Virus record (IMG/VR): IMGVR_UViG_3300022602_003287
Location: 1 to 52,555 of that record
From: a virus
Taxonomy: Duplodnaviria > Caudoviricetes
DNA length: 52,555 bases
Direction: 5' to 3' (one strand)
A program made the position numbers and the translations under genes. The notes under the pieces are model-generated. The model ran no database searches. It saw only the letters and a list, made by a program, of their open reading frames with translations, and was not told the origin of the DNA. Below are positions 1 to 6,527 of this stretch, in pieces. The stretch's first letter is position 1. Every line of letters begins with the position of its first letter.

Positions 1-47
1 ACTCTCTGTAGTCTTTTTCTGCCCACTTGTAGACATCTACGAATGCG

Positions 48-329
48 TTAGTTACTTGGTCCATCTTCTCTACGATTAGCATGACCACTAATATCTACGA
101 TGGTTTCTAGATCATCAAACTCACGGAATACTTGATCCCAAGTATCTTTTTGTGCGATACGTATAGCTTTTTTTATTACACTAGGTTTAACCTCTAGTTC
201 TTCTGCTACCGCTTTGATGGTTTCATTTAAGCCTTCAGTGAGATCTTGTATCTCCTGCATGACTGTGCAACCTTCTGCTATAATCTGTTTGATCTTGGCC
301 TGTTCAGGGGCTCCGAATGCTTTACTCAT
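48..329 (-). CDS. Small coiled-coil protein, T4 DsbA/GapR-like dsDNA-binding protein
   Basis: 93 aa helical protein; EIQDLTEGLNETIKAVAEELEVKPSVIKKAIRI resembles the DsbA/DUF2312 pattern; RBS-like GAGGA upstream. Confidence 0.5.
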   Translation of the reverse strand: MSKAFGAPEQAKIKQIIAEGCTVMQEIQDLTEGLNETIKAVAEELEVKPSVIKKAIRIAQKDTWDQVFREFDDLETIVDISGHANRREDGPSN

Positions 330-471
330 ATGTAATGTCCTCTATATCTTTTATTATAGAGATTTATATGGGAAAAAGCAACAGTTATTTTATCAAACTT
401 CTAGTAATCGTTTCTGTATTTGTTGACTTCCTTGCCGACACTCGGTGGTTTGAATACTGCTGGTAATGTAC

Positions 472-1317
472 CTAAGTTTGGTCGTGGCGTAGTATTGATC
501 CTACTATGGTCTTGCCAGCCGCGTCGGCAGCGGCATTAATTGCTGTAGGTACTGCCTTGGCGGCAGCTTCTTGACTGCCGTGTAATAATTCATCGACTGC
601 ATTTTTTACAAAGACATTTTCTATCTCTGTATCTGCTAGATGTTCAATTCCCTGTATAGCGCCTCCGATAACTGCGCCTATGGCCGCACTTTTTACACCT
701 GATTTTGCCGCGGCAGATAATTTAGATCCTAGCAATAATTTCATACCAAAACTAACAAGACCTGCTACAGCGGCTCCAGCAAGAATACTCGGCCCTGCTA
801 CAGATCCTGCCGCTACCGTTCCTGCAGTTAAAGCAAGGCTGGCCGCTAATTGAACTAGTGTAAGTATTGCTATCTCTGCGTATTCGTTTGATTCCGCGAT
901 TTCTCTTAGTTTATCTATACTTTTTAGTATAGAAGGTCCAAAAGAGGTCTTACCCATTTTAGCAGTAATCTGTTGCTTTAGCTGATCAAACTTTTGATCA
1001 AAGCCTTCTACTGGGCCACCGGGGTTATTCATTATTTGCTGTAGTTGCATTTTAGCATTTACAGCCATTGCTTTTAGTTTATCTAAAACACCTGTGGGTT
1101 GTGCTTGTTTTTGAGGTTGCTGAACTTGTTGTGGCTGTTGTTGAACCTGTTGTTGAGGTTGCTGTCCGGCAGGAACTGGGATTGCCGCTTCGAAGATTTC
1201 AAAAACTTGTCTAGGAGTAAGATCTCGCTGATGTAGATTAATTTCTCTCCCGAGGTCCTCAAACAACTGGGTAACTTGCCGTTCTCTACTTTCGAATATA
1301 AACTCTTTTGCTCGCAT
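472..1317 (-). CDS. Putative capsid-internal protein with Gln-rich linker and long hydrophobic Gly/Ala segment
   Basis: N-terminus MRAKEFIFE resembles the T4 capsid-targeting sequence; QQP-rich tract; ~70-aa hydrophobic region; ATAAATA immediately upstream. Confidence 0.5.
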   Translation of the reverse strand: MRAKEFIFESRERQVTQLFEDLGREINLHQRDLTPRQVFEIFEAAIPVPAGQQPQQQVQQQPQQVQQPQKQAQPTGVLDKLKAMAVNAKMQLQQIMNNPGGPVEGFDQKFDQLKQQITAKMGKTSFGPSILKSIDKLREIAESNEYAEIAILTLVQLAASLALTAGTVAAGSVAGPSILAGAAVAGLVSFGMKLLLGSKLSAAAKSGVKSAAIGAVIGGAIQGIEHLADTEIENVFVKNAVDELLHGSQEAAAKAVPTAINAAADAAGKTIVGSILRHDQT

Positions 1318-1321
1318 CTAA

Positions 1322-1328
1322 TATTTAT
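1322..1328 (-). promoter_or_regulatory. T4-like late promoter motif (ATAAATA)
   Basis: Lies 4 nt upstream of the ATG at 1317. The same NTAAATA motif precedes other genes (minus: 6256, 11407, 14776, 17175, 19872, 26392, 40201, 42434; plus: 19924, 42447). Confidence 0.55.
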
Positions 1329-1369
1329 CGAGATTTAATCGAATATTAATAAGTTATTGTATCAAACCG

Positions 1370-4300
1370 CTAGTAATAATCGTTTCTATATTGATCTGCC
1401 GCATTTCCAACGCCTGCTGATCTTTTGAGATTTTTAATAGTCTTATGAACCGTGCGACCTAGGCTAGGTGGTTCATTTTCTCCCTTATGAATATTATAGC
1501 TGGGATTCCATGCCTTTTTTAGTTGATTTTTTAAAGAATAAGGGTCACCCACTTTTGGATCTGTTTTAGGGGTGTATAATTTTTTCTCTATCCGAGCAAT
1601 ATATTTTTTAAGTTCAGGATCAACTTCTTCCAATGCTAATTTTTTAGCAAATTTCTTCAATATACGGTCTTCATACATGTCGCTAGAGTGTTTTTCAAAA
1701 TATTGATGTTCTAGATAGTGTTTGCTAGAGCTTACGCATTCACTGGCCTTAGTAAGTTTCATGGCTACCCATCCATCTAATCTAGTTTCAGGTTTTATCA
1801 TCTTGAACAGCTTCATGCTATATTCTACGATCTCTTGTAGATTCATTCTTGCTATATCACCGCTTGGTTCGGCTTCGCTTTCTTTAATACCTTTATCGTC
1901 TTTTTCTGGACCATCGACTGCTGGCTCGAATTTGGTACGATAATCTAGATAATGGTAAACCTTGTCTAACCATGTAGCGGCGTTAGTTAGGTTAGCGGCT
2001 ACCCAAGGTTCGATATCATCATTTGGTTCGATCATCTTTAATAGATCCATAGCATATTTGGCATTACGATATAGTTCGCTACGTGCCATCTGACCTTCTG
2101 GATCATGATGTTGTTTAGGTTCAAACTCATCGTCTCCTAATCCCATGATGTCTTCGTTCATTATACTTTCCTTGATTCTTTTTCCGTCTTTGTTATACTT
2201 GCCGGATTTTTTCTTAGAGATAGCAATAGCACCACGAATCTGAGCCGCACTCGCTTCATCCATGGCTTCCTTAAATCCTTTACCAGGTATCCATCCTTTG
2301 ATAGGCTTGCACTTGCAGGAATCCCCAGGACATTTGCAGTTCTTCATACCACACTGCATACAACGTTTTTCTTCGCCTTCCGCCACACCTTGCTCATCAG
2401 CATAGCAATCATCGCAATAAACATTTCCGTTGTCATCTACATTACTATCTTCGCCTGGTCCAGCATGACCTGTAGGTGCACCGCAACTATCGCAGTGTTC
2501 TTCTCTGGGATGATTGGTCTGACCAAATGTTCTGCCATCTCGGGGAATGTGCGATTGAGAATGACGGTCCCATACTGCTTCCGCCACACCTGACTTTCGA
2601 GCATCGCCAACAGTGCTCAAGAACTTTTTGTTTTTGTAAATCTTGGCATGGTCTGAATGGCCACTTTGTAGTGCATGACCTATTTCTCGATAACTATACA
2701 TGCCGGGCTTGTCGGGATCATTGGTCACTGTATATGAGTCCGAGCCTTCCGCCACACCTTGCTTAAAACTGTTAGCACTGATAATTTTTACATTAGCAGG
2801 AACACCTAGTGCTAATGCGGCATAGAGCCGTGTTCTACCACCAATTACATAAACACCTGTAGGTAATTTCAATAGCACTGGTGGGTCGTAGTTTCCAGAT
2901 TTGACATATTGGATGTAGCCAGTTATATCACGCTGGCGTCCCTCACCTGCATCACGGGCCTGCATCAGTTTTATATATTGTTGTTCTGCATCTGGTCTGC
3001 CACTAATCTGTTGGATTGCTTTCAATGTTTGAGCATCGTTGCCTTTGTTGGCAAGATTTTTTAATTTAGGAATGCTTGCGGCAGGTATTTGTGTAGATGA
3101 CGCTCTATCAATAATAGGTGTTATTTTTTCCACACTTTGTTCATCATTACCGTATCCCATTTGTTTGACAAATTGTTGTATTTCTGGCACAGGTTGTCCT
3201 ACCAATTCCCACGCTTCATCTGACGATGCTTCATTTAAGAAGCCTTCCGCCACACCTTGCTTCAACTGTGATAGTATTTGTTCTTTTTGTTTTAGTAATT
3301 CTTTGCGTTTTTCAACAAAAGCCATACTATTAGGTTCTCCAACTGGACCACCTCTCATTAATTTTAACTTTTGATTGATTGATTGAAGTTGTGCGTGTAA
3401 TTCTTCCTTGCCTTCCGCCACACCTTGCTCTTGACCTAAAGCCTGTTTAATAAATGCCTGATGTTGTGGTTCTAAATCAGTTAGCATTTGTTTTGCCTGA
3501 GCAGTTTTATACTGTTGTCTTGCTACATCTGCCATAGCATAAGCACTGGCTAGTTTTGAAGCCTGACTAGCTAACTCTGGATTATCTTTTAAATAAGAAC
3601 GAATACTTCCATAAGCACTGGCCCTATCAACTGGATTTAAATTTAATAACTTATTAAGTTTATCTGCGACAAATGGATCCATGCCTTCCTCTATACTTTC
3701 GTTAGACACACATTTACGAACCCATCCGCCATTCTTACCTTTTTTAGTACCCTTGGCATGTTTACCTGGCCAGCATCGAGTAAAGCCATTACTGTCTTTT
3801 TGACCTTTCTTAATTTCATTAAGATTACCATGTGTTTCGCACATACCGCACTCAGGACATACCATTTCCATTACTTCATGGCTTTCGTTATGTTTCTTCT
3901 TGCCGGCACAATGAGCCTTTTGACTGAAACCTTTAGGATGGCTACAGTTGATTGATTTCTTATACTTTTGGCTCCACGCTTCTGCTATATTTTGTTTTTT
4001 AGCGGCAGCGATACGTGAGTGGAGGTTACGTAATCCATGTTCCATACCGCGTGCTTCGCGCTCGGCACTGGTTAGATTTTGTTCACGGTCGGCATACTGC
4101 CATCCGCTACCACCTAGTGATTTATATCTCGCTAGCATCTTTTCATACTCTGCTTCTAGTTCTGGAAGATTGGCAGCGTCCTGTGCTATAGCATCTTGGG
4201 CACGTTGGTTGGCCGATGCACGTTCTGCATCTTGTCTTACTTGCCTCTGACGACGTAGTTCGTCATGTTCTGGATCACCATGCACACGTAGATTCTTGAA

Positions 4301-4807
4301 CCTAGGATCAGTCTTCTGTAGATCCTTGAAGAAAGACATCATATCTTTACTTTCGTCAGTTGGCTCGTCGACTCCCCATGAAGGGCTAGTATCTATTAGG
4401 TGAGCTATTTGGCGCCAGTAATGATCGCTCATCTTACCGTAGCCATAACTCCATGCCTTGCTACGTGCGAGTTCTTCTACACTCTTGCCTTTCTGATTAG
4501 CCAGGCCTTGGAAATACTGTGCCAGCTTCTCAGGAGTATCATTCCTCATTTCGAAATTCTGTTTAGCCTTACCTAGTGGATGGCTGGCTTCTCCTATTAC
4601 ACTGATAACAGTCTCCATCATCTCGGCTTTCTTATGTTTGGCCTTACGTGGCTGTGTAGTAGCATCTTTAGGATTCTTATGTGCTCCTGCCTTGCCGGCC
4701 ATCTTACTATTTTTAGCCACAGGGCTTTTTACAGTCGCAGGTTCTGTGGGTTTAGTATGCATTGGATATTTTTTAGCCTTGAAGCCTTTTTTATGTTCGT
4801 TTATCAT
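1370..4807 (-). CDS. Modular polyprotein-like putative internal virion protein with QGVAEG linkers; includes ParB/Srx-like, Zn-finger-like and duplicated C-terminal domains
   Basis: 1145 aa; five G-V-A-E linkers plus NIAEA, SIEEG and AMDEA; VIGGRTRLYAALALG (ParB/Srx-like); CDSC...CDDC; CMQCGMKNCKC. Confidence 0.7.
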   Translation of the reverse strand: MINEHKKGFKAKKYPMHTKPTEPATVKSPVAKNSKMAGKAGAHKNPKDATTQPRKAKHKKAEMMETVISVIGEASHPLGKAKQNFEMRNDTPEKLAQYFQGLANQKGKSVEELARSKAWSYGYGKMSDHYWRQIAHLIDTSPSWGVDEPTDESKDMMSFFKDLQKTDPRFKNLRVHGDPEHDELRRQRQVRQDAERASANQRAQDAIAQDAANLPELEAEYEKMLARYKSLGGSGWQYADREQNLTSAEREARGMEHGLRNLHSRIAAAKKQNIAEAWSQKYKKSINCSHPKGFSQKAHCAGKKKHNESHEVMEMVCPECGMCETHGNLNEIKKGQKDSNGFTRCWPGKHAKGTKKGKNGGWVRKCVSNESIEEGMDPFVADKLNKLLNLNPVDRASAYGSIRSYLKDNPELASQASKLASAYAMADVARQQYKTAQAKQMLTDLEPQHQAFIKQALGQEQGVAEGKEELHAQLQSINQKLKLMRGGPVGEPNSMAFVEKRKELLKQKEQILSQLKQGVAEGFLNEASSDEAWELVGQPVPEIQQFVKQMGYGNDEQSVEKITPIIDRASSTQIPAASIPKLKNLANKGNDAQTLKAIQQISGRPDAEQQYIKLMQARDAGEGRQRDITGYIQYVKSGNYDPPVLLKLPTGVYVIGGRTRLYAALALGVPANVKIISANSFKQGVAEGSDSYTVTNDPDKPGMYSYREIGHALQSGHSDHAKIYKNKKFLSTVGDARKSGVAEAVWDRHSQSHIPRDGRTFGQTNHPREEHCDSCGAPTGHAGPGEDSNVDDNGNVYCDDCYADEQGVAEGEEKRCMQCGMKNCKCPGDSCKCKPIKGWIPGKGFKEAMDEASAAQIRGAIAISKKKSGKYNKDGKRIKESIMNEDIMGLGDDEFEPKQHHDPEGQMARSELYRNAKYAMDLLKMIEPNDDIEPWVAANLTNAATWLDKVYHYLDYRTKFEPAVDGPEKDDKGIKESEAEPSGDIARMNLQEIVEYSMKLFKMIKPETRLDGWVAMKLTKASECVSSSKHYLEHQYFEKHSSDMYEDRILKKFAKKLALEEVDPELKKYIARIEKKLYTPKTDPKVGDPYSLKNQLKKAWNPSYNIHKGENEPPSLGRTVHKTIKNLKRSAGVGNAADQYRNDYY
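2375..3429. repeat. Dispersed in-frame 20-bp direct repeat GCCTTCCGCCACACCTTGCT (5 copies)
   Basis: Exact copies at 2375-2394, 2744-2763, 3242-3261 and 3410-3429; a 16/20 copy at 2576-2595; start-to-start spacings 201, 168, 498 and 168 bp. Confidence 0.95.
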
Positions 4808-5361
4808 TGCCTTCTCACTAGTTTAGTTTTTTTCTTCTTAGGAGTTCCTTCTGATTCTCCATAAGTTCCACCGAATAATGTTCCTACTTGGCTAGGTTTC
4901 TTGCCGCCGGTTTTATCCGTAGCACTATAAGTCATACTGCCTGAATTTGTGCTACCCGATGTAGCGGATGATTCTTTTACTTTTTTCTTTTTCTCTCTAC
5001 TATGAGGATTCCAATCTGGGACTGGACTAGTTGTGTATGTATCTTTTAATTCTTTACTACCACCTGGTGTAAGTTGTACTTTAGGAGTCCCTACTAGATC
5101 CGCTGCCGCTTGTAATATGTCATCTTCGGCTTGTGTATACCCGATAGTTACAAACTTCAATCCCGTCGGCCCTGCTACATCCATCTTTTGATCTGGCATA
5201 CCAGCTAGAGCGACACCGAATCTATAAGCGAGATAACCACTGCTATTATCAAGTTCCGGATATATGTGACTATTAGGTAGGCTTGATACACTATCGGGAT
5301 GGAATCCACTGGCTCCTGCATAATCTTTTGATTCTTTAACTATAAATTCTCTTGCTCTCAT
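4804..5361 (-). CDS. Putative internal virion protein (paralog A)
   Basis: N-terminus MRAREFIVKE; shares YPxL...YRFGVxxAGxP...GP...TIxY...DTYxxSPVxxWNP with the next ORF. Confidence 0.55.
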   Translation of the reverse strand: MRAREFIVKESKDYAGASGFHPDSVSSLPNSHIYPELDNSSGYLAYRFGVALAGMPDQKMDVAGPTGLKFVTIGYTQAEDDILQAAADLVGTPKVQLTPGGSKELKDTYTTSPVPDWNPHSREKKKKVKESSATSGSTNSGSMTYSATDKTGGKKPSQVGTLFGGTYGESEGTPKKKKTKLVRRQ

Positions 5362-5789
5362 GATCTTGGGTTCCAGTTATTGACGGGGCTTTTTACATAG
5401 GTATCATCGGGTTCAGTGCTGCCATGTTTAGTCATGGCTGATCCTTTTAGTCCCATTTCTTTCGCACTCTTTTTTATGATATCTAGATCGGCACTACTAT
5501 AAGCTATAGTTAACATTTCATTTGACGCAGGGCCATTCTGCGCATATTCTTGGTCTAATGGGCTGCCAGCCATATGAACACCGAACCTGTACATATTATA
5601 ATAGTGGGCGGGTAGGTCTGGATAATTCATGACATCGGGGATGACATTTTGATGATGGGGATGGAATTTCTTCCTGTTGCCACTCATACCACCGTTGGAG
5701 CTATTACCATTACTTCCGCTAGATGATCCGCTGTCACCTCCGGCATCTCCACCACCTCCATCCTCGTTGATTATTTCTCTCCAGCGCAT
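5358..5789 (-). CDS. Putative internal virion protein (paralog B)
   Basis: N-terminus MRWREIINE followed by a Gly/Ser linker; homologous to 4804..5361. Confidence 0.55.
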   Translation of the reverse strand: MRWREIINEDGGGGDAGGDSGSSSGSNGNSSNGGMSGNRKKFHPHHQNVIPDVMNYPDLPAHYYNMYRFGVHMAGSPLDQEYAQNGPASNEMLTIAYSSADLDIIKKSAKEMGLKGSAMTKHGSTEPDDTYVKSPVNNWNPRS

Positions 5790-5792
5790 AGT

Positions 5793-6230
5793 TTATCCTT
5801 TAAGGCTGGCACGCAAGAACCAACCATGTTTACGATGAGCATCCATACGCTCTGCTAAGAAGTTGCTAAATCCGTGTTCGCCGTGTTGCTCGGCAAGATC
5901 ATAAACCAGTTTTAAAACTTTAATTAGTTTTTCATTATCTTGTAGTAGTTCCTGTACCATGCCCTCTTTAGGTAGTAGATGATTTTCATCTGGTATCTGG
6001 CTTAACATACTGAAAGCACTGTGGCTAGCGGGTACATATGCTCCTATGCTACGTATCTTTTCTGCGAAGTCATCTATGCTATCTAATACTTCTTGATAGA
6101 TGCCTTCGAATAACTTATGGTATTCATAGAAGTCATTGCCTTCGACGTTCCAGTGAAAGTTATGGCTCTTCAAATAAAAGCTGAATGTGCTAGCGAATCC
6201 TATCTTGGCTGCTTTCTGCAGATCTTCCAT
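5793..6230 (-). CDS. dps: Dps family DNA-binding ferritin-like protein
   Basis: Ferroxidase motifs HNFHWNVEG..F...H.LFE..Y.E and D..AE.IR..G; C-terminal KHGWFL; 145 aa. Confidence 0.92.
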   Translation of the reverse strand: MEDLQKAAKIGFASTFSFYLKSHNFHWNVEGNDFYEYHKLFEGIYQEVLDSIDDFAEKIRSIGAYVPASHSAFSMLSQIPDENHLLPKEGMVQELLQDNEKLIKVLKLVYDLAEQHGEHGFSNFLAERMDAHRKHGWFLRASLKG

Positions 6231-6263
6231 GGGCTAATCCTAAACAATATTAGTGTATTTAGC

Positions 6264-6527
6264 TCATTTCTTCCATAGCTCTATCCAAGCGGGCGTACCG
6301 GGCTTGATGCCCATTTGTTTCGCTAACTTAGTGTTAGGATGGTCGGGATTAAGATAATCAGGACGAGCCTTGGGGGTATTCATATATTCTGCCAGCCTCG
6401 TTTCTGCTCCTAGCTCACCTAACCAGTTACTTGGCATCAGTTTATGTATGGGGTCGTCTGGACTTAGGAAACAATCAGGATCCGTGGATGCTGAATATTG
6501 ATGTCCTGTTATCCTATATTGCTTCAT
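6264..6527 (-). CDS. Hypothetical protein
   Basis: 87 aa; ATGA overlap with the upstream gene; ends GIKPGTPAWIELW. Confidence 0.6.
   Translation of the reverse strand: MKQYRITGHQYSASTDPDCFLSPDDPIHKLMPSNWLGELGAETRLAEYMNTPKARPDYLNPDHPNTKLAKQMGIKPGTPAWIELWKK

Noticed and set aside
2375-3429. The 20-bp repeats read as a CRISPR array
   Set aside because: Intervening segments are 148-478 bp, unequal, in frame and protein-coding; the repeat is not palindromic; no cas genes are present in the window.
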